Assembly (NCBI GenBank): GCA_964291235.2
Contig: OZ219816.1
Span: 352,001-416,000 of the forward strand
DNA from: Vicinamibacteria bacterium
GTDB taxonomy: Bacteria; Acidobacteriota; Vicinamibacteria; Marinacidobacterales; Marinacidobacteraceae
Direction: 5' to 3'
DNA: 64,000 nt
Shown here: positions 29,732 through 39,676 of the stretch, in pieces
Numbering within the stretch: position 1 is the stretch's first letter
Layout: every line of letters starts with the position of its first letter
The notes under the pieces: model-generated
Databases searched by the model: none
Seen by the model: the letters and a program-made list of their open reading frames with translations, nothing else
What the model was told of the DNA's origin: nothing
Program-made: the position numbers and the translations under genes

Positions 29732-29779
29732 GGTTGCTGCCGACGGGTGGGGTCTATGCCGACGCGGGCCTACGGCCCG

Positions 29780-29807
29780 CTGTGCCGGCCTGGAGGCCGG
29801 CGTTCCC
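29780..29807 (-). repeat. Single REP-like hairpin (same family as the arrays)
   Basis: ctgtgccggcctggaggccggcgttccc matches the core of the 34.4 kb array. Confidence 0.8.
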
Positions 29808-29887
29808 GTGCCGGCATCCCGTGAGCGCGAGCAGCAAGGGACCGCCCGCGGGCCTGCGGCCCGCCGTGCTCTGACGTCCATCGGACG

Positions 29888-31132
29888 TCAGAGCGTTGAA
29901 GAGGCCGCTTTCGCTTCCGGCAAGGGTCCGTACGTCAGCGTCCGCCACAGCCTCTCGAGCGGGCCGTGGGAGTACCGGCGCAGCCAGATCGGGGACAGCC
30001 ACAACTGGAGCGCCCACACCGCGAAGACGATCAGGAGCTGCTGGTAGCGCTCGACACTCGCGAAGAGGCCGAATCCGTGGCCGTAGAAGATCGTGGTGCA
30101 GAGCACGGTCTGGAGCAGGTAGTTCGTGAAGGCCATCCGCCCCACCGCGGCCAGCCGCGCCTGCAGGCCCGGCAGTTGGCCCCGGCGGACCACAAGCATC
30201 ACCATGGCGAGGTAGGCGAGGGCCATCGGGATGCAGCCCCAGGAGTTGAACAGGGTGCCGAAGAACATCGACCGCTCCCAGGCCCACCCGCCCGAGGCGT
30301 TCCACGCCATGCCGATGAGCACGAGCGCCGATCCGGAAAGCAGGCCGATAACGGCGAGCCGCTCGTAGAAGCGGTCGTCCTTTGCTGCGCTCAGCACGCC
30401 CCACTTGTAAAGGGCCATGCCGATGAGCATCAGACCGCCACAGAACCACAGCATGAATAAAGGCAGGGCGCCGAGCTGGACTCCGAGCGCGTGCTCCGTG
30501 CGGAGTGGCTGCTGCTCACTCCAGCCGCCGCGGTAGGCAGCGATCTCGGCGTCCAGGTCGGAAGCGTCAGGAGCCCATTCCTGTGCGATCTTGGAGGACA
30601 CTTCTGCCGGAAGTTCGGGGCTTAGCAGCGCGGATCCGACGAGGGCAGTCAAGAGGCTCATCACCACAAGGGAGGCCAACCCGACGACCAGCAGCGTGCG
30701 CGGCCGGCGGCGTCGCAACAGATAGACGAGACACCCGCAGACGGCGTAGGGCACGAGGATGTCGCCGGCCCACAAGAGATAGGCGTGGGCAAGGCCGAAT
30801 ACCAGGAGCCAACCCATGCGCCGGTAGTGCCAGACCCCGGGCTGGCCGCCGCGGGCCTCGATGCGATCGGAGAAGAGGCAGATTCCCGCGCCGAACAGGA
30901 TCGAGAAGAGCGTGACGAACTTCTGGGCGAAAAAGAGATGGCTGAAGGTCCAGGCGCCCAGGTTGATCCCCGAGAAGTCGCCCCACGCCGTGGGGTTCTG
31001 GTACGCGGCGACCGGCATCGAGAAGATCTGGATGTTCATCACCAGGATGCCGAGCAGGGCGAAGCCGCGCAGCACATCCAGACTGGCGATCCGCGCGCCG
31101 GCTTCCACCGGCTTCGCGGACCGATCGCTCAC
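29888..31132 (-). CDS. DUF418 (YeiB-like) membrane protein
   Basis: RIASLDVLRGFALLGILVMNI, FSILFGAG, WAGDILVPYA, VGRMAFTNYLLQ, GPLERLWR. Confidence 0.9.
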   Translation of the reverse strand: MSDRSAKPVEAGARIASLDVLRGFALLGILVMNIQIFSMPVAAYQNPTAWGDFSGINLGAWTFSHLFFAQKFVTLFSILFGAGICLFSDRIEARGGQPGVWHYRRMGWLLVFGLAHAYLLWAGDILVPYAVCGCLVYLLRRRRPRTLLVVGLASLVVMSLLTALVGSALLSPELPAEVSSKIAQEWAPDASDLDAEIAAYRGGWSEQQPLRTEHALGVQLGALPLFMLWFCGGLMLIGMALYKWGVLSAAKDDRFYERLAVIGLLSGSALVLIGMAWNASGGWAWERSMFFGTLFNSWGCIPMALAYLAMVMLVVRRGQLPGLQARLAAVGRMAFTNYLLQTVLCTTIFYGHGFGLFASVERYQQLLIVFAVWALQLWLSPIWLRRYSHGPLERLWRTLTYGPLPEAKAASSTL

Positions 31133-31133
31133 G

Positions 31134-31796
31134 TCAGGGTTCCGGCGAATCCCGGTACAGCCAGGCGACGAAGGGGGTCGCGATCAGCGCTCCCACGATC
31201 TCCATGAGGACGAACATCGGGGCGTCCACCGGCCGAATCCCGCAGAAGGTGTCGGTGAAGCTCCGCGCCAGGGTGACCGCGGGGTTTGCGAAGGAGGTCG
31301 AGGCGGTGAACCAGCAGGCCGCGAAGATGTAGATCCCGACGGCCGCCGCCACCGCCTGGGGGCGGACCTTGATGCAGCCGAAGATGGTCAGGATGAGTCC
31401 GAAGGTCGCCACCACCTCGGAAACCCACTGCCCCGGACCCGTCCGGACCTGGGTCGCCGTCTGCAGGAGCGGCAGGTCGAACATCAGGTGCGTCACCAGC
31501 ATTCCGGCCAAACCGCCTGCCGCCTGCACGACGACGTAGAGCCCGGCGTCGCGCCCGGAGATCTCCTTCCGGAGCAGGAAGGCCAGCGTTACCGCCGGGT
31601 TGATGTGGCAGCCGGACACCGGGGCGAAGAGCCAGATGAGGACCACCAGCCCCGCCCCGATCGCCGCCGTGGTGCCGATGAGCGCGACCCCGTCGTTTCC
31701 TCCCGAGAGGTTCACGGCCATGATGCCGGCGCCGATGATCACCGCGAGCAGCCCGGCGGTGCCGAGGAATTCGGCGGCGAGGCGACGGGCGAGCAT
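31134..31796 (-). CDS. MIP/aquaporin family channel
   Basis: AEFLGT, SGCHINPAVT and FTASTSFANPAVT (two NPA boxes). Confidence 0.92.
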   Translation of the reverse strand: MLARRLAAEFLGTAGLLAVIIGAGIMAVNLSGGNDGVALIGTTAAIGAGLVVLIWLFAPVSGCHINPAVTLAFLLRKEISGRDAGLYVVVQAAGGLAGMLVTHLMFDLPLLQTATQVRTGPGQWVSEVVATFGLILTIFGCIKVRPQAVAAAVGIYIFAACWFTASTSFANPAVTLARSFTDTFCGIRPVDAPMFVLMEIVGALIATPFVAWLYRDSPEP

Positions 31797-31851
31797 GGAA
31801 GTCAGGCGCGGCGTACGGTAATCGCTCGGCGTCCCGCAGCCGCGCGGGGAC

Positions 31852-32757
31852 TCAGCCGAGCGCGCTCAGGTCGGCGCGCCCGTCGCGGAGGGGCGGGCAC
31901 CAGAAGTACCCGCCGGACACCGGCCGCGTGAACCGGAACAGGTGGTCCGCGATCCGGTCGGAGGCTCCGGTCATCCGATCGAGGTGGTACTCGAACGCGT
32001 CCAGGCTGCGACCGAAGGCGACGAATACGAGCCCCGCCTGTCGCGCATCCGCCCAGGGCATGGACCTCCGGAGCAGGAAGACGGGCGGTTCGGGGGCTTC
32101 CTGTTCGGTGCGTTGTACGTGGGCCGCGTCCGGCCCGTCCTTCAACTCCACATTGTCCCTCTTTCGCCGCCCGATGATGTGGTCCTGTGTCTGCTGCGAG
32201 AACGATTCGAAGCGATCGAGGTCGTGGACCCACTGCTGGACAGCGGCGAACGACGACCCGTCGAGCCCCGGGCCCTGCCCGGCAACGAGCGCCGCCGCTG
32301 CCGCGTCGTCACCCTTCGGATTCTCGGTCCCGTCCTCGTATCCGGTGAGGTCGAGGCCGCTCCGGTAGCGGAAGGCGTCCACCACGCCGTCGAGCGCGAA
32401 GACGCCGGCAAGCGCCCGCTCCACCCGGCGGGTTTCGTGGACCAGCTCTCCCCGTTCTTCCGACCGCAGCCAGACCCAGAGGGCCGCCGGGGTCGAGGGA
32501 ACCTGGAACCCGGGTCCGCTGGTAGCCGGGAAATCCCTCAGTCCCGGGACCCTGGCCCCCAGCTCACGGACCAGGGAGGCGCCCAGGCCGAAGACGAGCG
32601 GCAGCCCGGGGTGGGGGTCGGCGAGGCGCTCCAGGGCATCGCGCGGGCTGGGCGCCGACGCCCCCCGCCGGAACGTCAGATAGCGGGCGTGGGGCGGGAT
32701 GTCCGCGAGCACTCCGGGCTGCGGAAGAGAGCCCCGGTTTGCGTTTCCCAATGCCAT
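31852..32757 (-). CDS. Dyp-type peroxidase
   Basis: DLTGYEDGTENP (GXXDG), QQWVHDL, AHVQR, LRRSMPW. Confidence 0.93.
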   Translation of the reverse strand: MALGNANRGSLPQPGVLADIPPHARYLTFRRGASAPSPRDALERLADPHPGLPLVFGLGASLVRELGARVPGLRDFPATSGPGFQVPSTPAALWVWLRSEERGELVHETRRVERALAGVFALDGVVDAFRYRSGLDLTGYEDGTENPKGDDAAAAALVAGQGPGLDGSSFAAVQQWVHDLDRFESFSQQTQDHIIGRRKRDNVELKDGPDAAHVQRTEQEAPEPPVFLLRRSMPWADARQAGLVFVAFGRSLDAFEYHLDRMTGASDRIADHLFRFTRPVSGGYFWCPPLRDGRADLSALG

Positions 32758-32839
32758 GTTCACACTCTCGTTCGATGGGAACGGTAGCGCGCCAGTACGA
32801 TCCCCCGGCCACGGTCTCAAGGGCCGGAGGAGTCCGCCG

Positions 32840-34321
32840 ATGATCCAGACCACCACCCGTTTTCCATTGCCGGGTCTTCTCGCTTTCTGTCTGCTGGGGG
32901 CCTCGGCCGCCGCCGCTCAGGACACACCGATCTTCACCGGGGACTTTCCCGCCGCCGAGTTCCAGGCGCGCCGGCAGGCAGTCATGGACGCCATCGGACC
33001 GGGGGCGATCGCGCTCCTCCAGGGGGCGCCCTCGCCCCTCGGCTACGTCCGGTTCCGCCAGACGAACTCGTTCTATTACCTGACCGGGGTGGAGACTCCC
33101 CACGCGTACCTGGTCCTCAATGGCACGACGGGAGGTTCCTCGCTCTACCTGCCGCCGCGGGACATCCGCCGGGAGTCGTCGGAGGGACGCCTCCTGACCT
33201 CGGACGATGCGGAACTCGCTCGCGCGAAGACGGGCGTCTCCGACGTGCATCCCACCTGGAAGCTGAGCGACCACCTCGCCCGCCTCGCCTGGGGCGCCAA
33301 CCCGCCCGTGGTCCATACCCCGCTCGCCCCCGCCGAACTCGCGGCCATGAGCCGGGACCTCGCGACCCGCGGCAATTCGGACATCGCGAACGATCCCTGG
33401 GATGCGAGGCCGTCGCGCGAGGCGACTTTCGTGGCGCGTCTCGAAGGACGCTTTCCCCGGCTCGAGATCCGCGACCTGACTCCGGTGCTCGACCGGCTGC
33501 GGCTCGTGAAGAGCGAACGCGAGATCGCGCTCATCGCGAAGGCCACGCGGCTTTCCGGGTTGGCGCTCATGGAAGCGATGCGCTCGACCCGCCCGGGGAT
33601 CTACGAGCACGAACTCGACGCCGTCGGCAAGTTCCTCTTCTTCCGCGACGGGGCGCAGGCAGAGGCCTACTACTCGCTGGTCGCGACCGGAACGAACGCC
33701 TGGTATCCGCACTACCACCGGGGGGCCAGCCAACTCGAGGACGGGGACCTGATCCTGATGGATTACGCCCCGGACATCGGCTACTACACGAGCGACGTGA
33801 CCCGGATGTGGCCGGTGAACGGCGTGTTCAACGAGTGGCAGCGCGACCTCTACGGGTTCTACCTGGCCACCTACCGGGCGGTCCTCGACGCCATCCGGCC
33901 GGGGGACGTGGCGACGGTGATGGGCGAAGCGGCCACCCGCATGGAAGAAATCGTGCGCGACTGGCCGTTCACGAAGCCCCACTACCGTCCCGCCGCCGAG
34001 GCCTTCGTCGCCTCCTACCGGCGCCGGGCCGCGGGACGCCCGAACGGGATGGGCCACGGAGTGGGGATGGCGGTCCACGACGTCGGGAACGCCGACGGGA
34101 CGCTCACCCCGGGGATGGTGTTCACCATCGAGCCGCAGTTCCGGGTGCCGGAAGACCGGATCTACATTCGGCTCGAGGACGTCATCGTGATTACGGAGGA
34201 CGGCGCCGAGAACATCTCGGACTTCGTTCCGATGGACATGGAGGGCATCGAGGCCCTGATGGCCGAGCCGGGTCTGCTGGAGCGTTACCCGAGTCCCCTC
34301 AAGGAGGGCGCGAACCGCTGA
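32840..34321 (+). CDS. Secreted Xaa-Pro aminopeptidase (M24)
   Basis: Signal peptide; FRQTNSFYYLTG, LRLVKS, SDVTR, GHGVGMAVHD, TIEP, RLED. Confidence 0.9.
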   Translation: MIQTTTRFPLPGLLAFCLLGASAAAAQDTPIFTGDFPAAEFQARRQAVMDAIGPGAIALLQGAPSPLGYVRFRQTNSFYYLTGVETPHAYLVLNGTTGGSSLYLPPRDIRRESSEGRLLTSDDAELARAKTGVSDVHPTWKLSDHLARLAWGANPPVVHTPLAPAELAAMSRDLATRGNSDIANDPWDARPSREATFVARLEGRFPRLEIRDLTPVLDRLRLVKSEREIALIAKATRLSGLALMEAMRSTRPGIYEHELDAVGKFLFFRDGAQAEAYYSLVATGTNAWYPHYHRGASQLEDGDLILMDYAPDIGYYTSDVTRMWPVNGVFNEWQRDLYGFYLATYRAVLDAIRPGDVATVMGEAATRMEEIVRDWPFTKPHYRPAAEAFVASYRRRAAGRPNGMGHGVGMAVHDVGNADGTLTPGMVFTIEPQFRVPEDRIYIRLEDVIVITEDGAENISDFVPMDMEGIEALMAEPGLLERYPSPLKEGANR

Positions 34322-34364
34322 GGATCGCGGCTACCGGGCGTGCGCCGTGCGGCTGAGGGGTGAT

Positions 34365-34720
34365 TTGCGGTTCCGGCCGTCTGTGCTCGGGAGGGTCCGT
34401 CCCGCCGCCCCACCTCCGGCGGGGCTGTGCCGGCCTGGAGGCCGGCGTTCCATTGCGGTCCCGGACGTCTGTGCTCGGGAAGGTCCGTCCCGCCGCCCCG
34501 CCTGCGGCGGGGCTGTGCCGGCCTGGAGGCCGGCGTTTCCGTGCGGTCGCCCGCCGTCTGTCTTACGGGAGTCCGCCCCGCCGCCCCGCTTTGCGGGGCT
34601 GTGCCGGCCTGGAGGCCGGCGTTCCAGTGCGGTCGCCCGCCGTTTGTGCTGGGGAAGGTCCGTCCCGCCGCCCCGCCTGCGGCGGGGCTGTGCCGGCCTG
34701 GAGGCCGGCGTTCCCGTGCG
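34365..34720 (-). repeat. Second REP-like array, 4 tandem units of 86-89 bp
   Basis: ctgtgccggcctggaggccggcgtt at 34425, 34513, 34599 and 34688. Confidence 0.9.
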
Positions 34721-34841
34721 GGCGGTGCTGTGAGGCTGACGGGCGATGTGCGTTCCGCGGGCTCGCGGGAACGGTGCGGGGGGAACGCCGTTCTGACCTG
34801 GGGGAGAATGGTCGGGATAACGGAATCGAGGACGCGCCGGA

Positions 34842-37334
34842 ATGCTGCATGAATTCGTCGAGGCTCTGAAGAGCCTCTCCAAACGGCCCGGGTTCGCGCT
34901 GCTCGTCGTCGTGCCCCTGGCGCTCGGGATCGGCGCCACCTCGACCGTCTTCTCGGCGGTGTCCGGGGTCCTCCTGAAGGCGCCGAACTACGTCGAACCG
35001 GACCGGCTCATGCAGGTCTGGGAGCGGCGTCCCCGCTTGCCGATGCCGGACGAGGTCGCCGCGTTTTCCACGGACCACTTCCGCAGTTGGCGCGACGCGA
35101 ACACCGTCTTTGAAGGTCTCGCGATGTACGGTGACTTTCCGGTGGCCTATCGCGGGCTCGCGGAGGCGCCGGGCGATCCCCGCCCGCTCTCCGCCGAACG
35201 GGTCTCGCCGGAGCTGTTCGAGATCCTGGGGGTCTCGCCCCAGCAGGGGCGCGCCTTCCGGCCCGAAGAGGGGACACCGGGACGGGACGCGGTTGCCATC
35301 CTCTCCCACAGCTTCTGGACCCGGGAATTCGGCGGCGACCCGGACATCGTCGGCAGCGCGATCCGCCTGAACGACCGGAGCTTCGAAATCGTCGGGATCA
35401 TGCCCCGCGACTTCGGTTTCCCCATCCCCACCACCGAGATCTATCTTCCCTACCCGCTCGAGCCGCCCGCTGACCTCCAGCCGGGGCAGATTCGGCTCGA
35501 ACTCGTGCAGGTGGTGGGCCGGCTGCGGGACGGGATCAGCATCGAAGCGGCGGAAGCGGAGGCGGCGGCGCTCATCGCCCGGCTCAGCGAGGAGAGCGAG
35601 ATCCAGCGGATGCTGAACGACGGAGTGACGGTGCACCTCAGCTCCTTCACCGAGCGAGCCACCCGCCGCATCCGCCAACCGCTCATCGCCCTCTTCGGAG
35701 TGACGCTGCTCGTGCTGCTCATCGTCTGCGGCAACGTGGCCAACCTGCTCCTCACCCGGGCGGCCTGGCGGGAGCGCGAACTCGCGGTCCGGAGCGCGCT
35801 CGGCGCCAACCGGTCGCGCCTGCTGCGGCGGTTGCTCGCCGAGAGCGTGCTGCTCGCCGCCGGCGCCGGAACGCTCGGCGCGCTGCTGGCGGTGGCCGGG
35901 GCCGGTTTCGTGCGCTCCCTGACGGTGCTCGGCCTCCCCCAACTGGCCGCCGCCAGCGTGGATGCCCGGGTGGTCGCCTTCACCTTCGGGGTGGCCGCCC
36001 TCGCGGCGCTGGTGTTCGGCACCCTGCCCGCTCTCAAGGCCTCGTCGGGCGATCCGGCGGCCGCCCTCGACGCCTCGGCGCGCGGCGAATCCACCGCGCT
36101 CGGCAGCAGCACCCGCCGCATCGGACGGCGGGGGCTGTTCGCGGCGCTCCAACTCGCCCTGGCCCTGCCGCTGCTGATCGGCGCCGGTCTCCTGACGCGG
36201 AGTTTCCTCGCCCTGGTCAGCGCGCCTCCCGGGTACCAGCCCGAAAACACGGCGGCGTTCGAAGTGCAGCTCGCCACCGGCCGGTACCCGGACGCCGCGG
36301 CGCAGGCGGACGTGCTGGACCGGATCCGGGAATCGCTCGCCGCCATACCCGGCGTCACCCAGGTGGGCATCGTGGACACCCTGCCGCTCAGCGGCGAGCG
36401 GGCCATCATCGGCTTCCAGCGGATCGGCGAAGACTCGATCACGGACCCGAACCGGGTGCCGCGTGCGCTGCTCCGCCGCGTTTCGCCGGGGTACTTCCGC
36501 GCGATGGGAATCGCGCTGCGGGAGGGGCGGGTGTTCGAGGAGGCGGACCGCGCCAATCCGGCCGGCGTTTCGGTCGTGAACCAGAGCCTCGTGGACCGCT
36601 ATCTCACCGACCCCCCGGTGGGACTCGAGTTGCGGGGCATGGGACAGATCGTGGGCGTGGTGGCGGATGTGTACGAGGAGGGCGTGGACACGCCGCCCGA
36701 ACCGATCCTCTATCACCTGCTCGACGATGCCCGCATGCCCGGCGGCGGCGACGTGGTGCACCGAAGCGTCGTCCTCCGGCACGCGCCGGGCGCTTCGGTC
36801 ATGCAGGCCGCGGCCGCCCGGCTCGAGGAGCTGGACCCGGAACTGGCGGCCCTGAATCCGCGCTCCCTCGCCGACCGCATCCGCGAGTCGGTCGCCCAGC
36901 CCCGGCTCTACGCCCTGCTGCTCGGGGCGTTCGCGGCGGCGGCGGCGCTGCTCGCCGCCTGGGGCGTCTTCGGGGTCGTCGGCTTTCAGGCGAATGCCCG
37001 GATCCCGGCGCACGGGGTGCGGATGGCGTTCGGCGCGACTCCGACGGACATCCGCCGCCTCGTCCTGGGCGACGCGGTCCGGATCGCCGCGCTCGGTCTG
37101 GCGCCGGGGCTCCTGCTGGCCTTCGTCCTGGTGCGCGTCGCCGGCAGCGAATTGAGCCCGCTCCTTTTCCAGGTCACCCCGCTGGATCCCACCGTGTACG
37201 TCCTGGTGCCGCTGTTGCTCCTGGCGGCGGTCGTTGCCGCCTCCCTCCAGCCAGCCGCCACCGCCGCCCGCCTCGACGTGGTCCAGGCGCTTCGGTCGGA
37301 ACATCCACGTTCGCGACCAAGCTGGTTCGCGTGA
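34842..37334 (+). CDS. ADOP-type duplicated ABC permease (MacB/FtsX domains twice)
   Basis: PGFA..LALGIGA, LLIVCGNVANLLL, RERELAVRSALGA, QLALA..LLIGAGLL, VSPGYF, GVRMAFGA. Confidence 0.9.
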   Translation: MLHEFVEALKSLSKRPGFALLVVVPLALGIGATSTVFSAVSGVLLKAPNYVEPDRLMQVWERRPRLPMPDEVAAFSTDHFRSWRDANTVFEGLAMYGDFPVAYRGLAEAPGDPRPLSAERVSPELFEILGVSPQQGRAFRPEEGTPGRDAVAILSHSFWTREFGGDPDIVGSAIRLNDRSFEIVGIMPRDFGFPIPTTEIYLPYPLEPPADLQPGQIRLELVQVVGRLRDGISIEAAEAEAAALIARLSEESEIQRMLNDGVTVHLSSFTERATRRIRQPLIALFGVTLLVLLIVCGNVANLLLTRAAWRERELAVRSALGANRSRLLRRLLAESVLLAAGAGTLGALLAVAGAGFVRSLTVLGLPQLAAASVDARVVAFTFGVAALAALVFGTLPALKASSGDPAAALDASARGESTALGSSTRRIGRRGLFAALQLALALPLLIGAGLLTRSFLALVSAPPGYQPENTAAFEVQLATGRYPDAAAQADVLDRIRESLAAIPGVTQVGIVDTLPLSGERAIIGFQRIGEDSITDPNRVPRALLRRVSPGYFRAMGIALREGRVFEEADRANPAGVSVVNQSLVDRYLTDPPVGLELRGMGQIVGVVADVYEEGVDTPPEPILYHLLDDARMPGGGDVVHRSVVLRHAPGASVMQAAAARLEELDPELAALNPRSLADRIRESVAQPRLYALLLGAFAAAAALLAAWGVFGVVGFQANARIPAHGVRMAFGATPTDIRRLVLGDAVRIAALGLAPGLLLAFVLVRVAGSELSPLLFQVTPLDPTVYVLVPLLLLAAVVAASLQPAATAARLDVVQALRSEHPRSRPSWFA

Positions 37335-37421
37335 GGGACGCTCCGCGGAAAACGTGAATCCCTCCCGGGAACAATCCCGGGTCGCAATCGTAATAAGCGC
37401 CCACCGGAGAAAGGATTAGGA

Positions 37422-38948
37422 TTGAGTCTGTTGTCGAGGTTCCCACGCCGCTGGCGTCTCCTGACCGGACTGGGCGTCGCGGGGATCCTGGCCCTCTACC
37501 GGGTGGGGTCCGATGCCCCGGCGGAGCCGGAGGAAGAACGGGCCGAGGCAGAGAGCATCGTCTCCCCCTGTCCTCCCGGCGAAGGCGTGGAGGGCGCGCT
37601 CTGCGGAACGCTCGAGGTTCTGGAGGACCGGGCGGACCCCGAGAGCAGGACGATCGCGCTGAACATCCTCGTGGCGCCGGCCGCCGAGCAGGGTGGCGAA
37701 CCGGACCCGGTGTTCTTCCTGGCCGGAGGGCCGGGTCAGGCGGCCACCGAACTCGCTCCTCTCCTCCGGCAGGCGGTTCCGGAACTGTTCCTCCGCCGGG
37801 ACTTCGTGTTCGTGGATCAACGGGGGACGGGAGATTCCAATCCGCTGACCTGCGACTTCCTCGAGGAGCGGGTGACCTACTTCGACAGCGTTCCCGAGGA
37901 GCTGTCGGAAGAAGACTGGCGTGAGTGTCTGGATTCCCTGGATGCAGACCCGGAGCACTACACGACGCCCGTCGCGATGGACGACCTGGAAGAAGTCCGG
38001 GTCGCGCTCGGCTACGGACCGATCAATGTCTGGGGCGGCTCCTACGGCACCCGCGCCGCCACCGTCTTCCTCCGGCGCCACCCGGAGAGCGTCCGCACGG
38101 TGATCCTCGACGGGGTGGCGCCCGTGGACATGCGGATCCCGTTGCACTTCGCGGAGGACGGCCAGCGGGCCCTGAACCTGCTCACCGAGTCCTGCGCCGC
38201 GGACGCCGCCTGCAACGCGCGGTTTCCGGACCTCGAGCGGTCCATCGAGGCGCTGCTCGCGAGCCTCGATCAGGATCCGCCCCCGAGCTACCGCGTCCGT
38301 CATCCCCGGACCGGCGACTGGCAGGAGATCCCCATCGGACGCGAACTGGTGGCCGGAGTGCTGCGGGCCGTGCTCTACAACCCGACGAGCGCGTCGGTCA
38401 TCCCGCTGATGATCGAGAGCGCGCTCGACGGCGACTTCGGCCCCATGCTGGTGTTCGCCGATCCGGTCGCGGGGCCCCAGCTCGCCATCGGGATGTTCCT
38501 GTCGGTGCTGTGCGCCGAGGACATCCCCTTCCTGACGACCGAGGAAGCGGCGCGAGCCGCCGAGGAGAGTTTCCTCGACCCGCTGATGGCCGAGCAGATG
38601 CAGGAGGCCTGCGCGGTATGGCCGCGCGGAGACCTCTCGCCGGACTACCGGGAGCCGGTCCGGTCCGAGGCGCCGGTACTCATCTTTTCCGGGGAACTGG
38701 ACCCGGTGACCCCACCGCGCTGGGGCGAACATGCCGCGGCCACGCTCCCGAACTCCCGGCACCTCGTCGTCCCGGGCACCGGGCACGGCACGATGATGGC
38801 CGGCTGCGCCCCCGAACTGATCGGGGAGTTCCTCGACTCCACCGATCCCGCCGCGCTGAACGCCGATTGCCTGTCCGGCATCGCCCGGCCTCCGTTCTGG
38901 AAGTCGGCAACCGGTCCCGGCGCTCCGAAATCCGAGCCCCAGCCGTGA
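37422..38948 (+). CDS. Alpha/beta hydrolase (tripeptidyl-aminopeptidase-like)
   Basis: LAGGPG, DQRGTG, GGSYG nucleophile, GELDPVTP, GTGH. Confidence 0.88.
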   Translation: MSLLSRFPRRWRLLTGLGVAGILALYRVGSDAPAEPEEERAEAESIVSPCPPGEGVEGALCGTLEVLEDRADPESRTIALNILVAPAAEQGGEPDPVFFLAGGPGQAATELAPLLRQAVPELFLRRDFVFVDQRGTGDSNPLTCDFLEERVTYFDSVPEELSEEDWRECLDSLDADPEHYTTPVAMDDLEEVRVALGYGPINVWGGSYGTRAATVFLRRHPESVRTVILDGVAPVDMRIPLHFAEDGQRALNLLTESCAADAACNARFPDLERSIEALLASLDQDPPPSYRVRHPRTGDWQEIPIGRELVAGVLRAVLYNPTSASVIPLMIESALDGDFGPMLVFADPVAGPQLAIGMFLSVLCAEDIPFLTTEEAARAAEESFLDPLMAEQMQEACAVWPRGDLSPDYREPVRSEAPVLIFSGELDPVTPPRWGEHAAATLPNSRHLVVPGTGHGTMMAGCAPELIGEFLDSTDPAALNADCLSGIARPPFWKSATGPGAPKSEPQP

Positions 38949-39676
38949 TCGAGGTCTCCGGTCTGAAGAAGACCTTCGGCAGCGTCGTGGCCGTGGAGGA
39001 TGTGAGTTTTCGCGCCGAAGACGGCCGGATCACCGGACTCCTCGGCCCCAATGGAGCCGGAAAGTCCACCACTCTGCGAATGCTCTACGGCCTGATGGCG
39101 CCGGAAGCGGGCGAAGTTACGGTGGACGGGGTGGATGTCCAGCGGGAAACCATGGCGGCGCAGCGGCGGATCGGCGCGCTCCCCGACACCCACGCCCTGT
39201 ATCCCCGCCTGACCGGCCGCGAGAACATCCGCTACTTCGCCGAGCTTCGCCGCATTCCGCGCGAGGAAGCCGAGGCACGGATCAAGGACTTCGTCCAACT
39301 GCTGGAGATGGGCGACTTCGTGGACCGGCGCGCCAAGGGCTATTCCCACGGCGAGCGCTCCCGGGTGCTGCTCGCCCGGGCACTCATCCACGAGCCCCGG
39401 AACGTCCTCCTCGACGAGCCGACCAACGGGCTGGACGTGATGAGCACCCGGCGCATGCGGGACCTGATCCGCGAGCTGCGGACACGGGGCTGCGCGGTGC
39501 TCTTTTCGAGCCACATCATGCAGGAGGTGTCCCTCCTCTGCGACCAGATCGTGATCATCGCGGCCGGCCAGGTGATCGCCTCGGGCTCCCCTGACGAGAT
39601 CCGGCGGACGGCGGGCTCCGGGGATCTGGAGGAAGCCTTCGTCCGGCTGACCGGACCGCAGGAGGGTGCAGCGTGA
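38945..39676 (+). CDS. ABC transporter ATP-binding protein (NatA-like)
   Basis: GTG 38945 overlaps the previous stop; GPNGAGKST, YSHGE, LLDEPTNGLD, SSH. Confidence 0.92.
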   Translation: MIEVSGLKKTFGSVVAVEDVSFRAEDGRITGLLGPNGAGKSTTLRMLYGLMAPEAGEVTVDGVDVQRETMAAQRRIGALPDTHALYPRLTGRENIRYFAELRRIPREEAEARIKDFVQLLEMGDFVDRRAKGYSHGERSRVLLARALIHEPRNVLLDEPTNGLDVMSTRRMRDLIRELRTRGCAVLFSSHIMQEVSLLCDQIVIIAAGQVIASGSPDEIRRTAGSGDLEEAFVRLTGPQEGAA

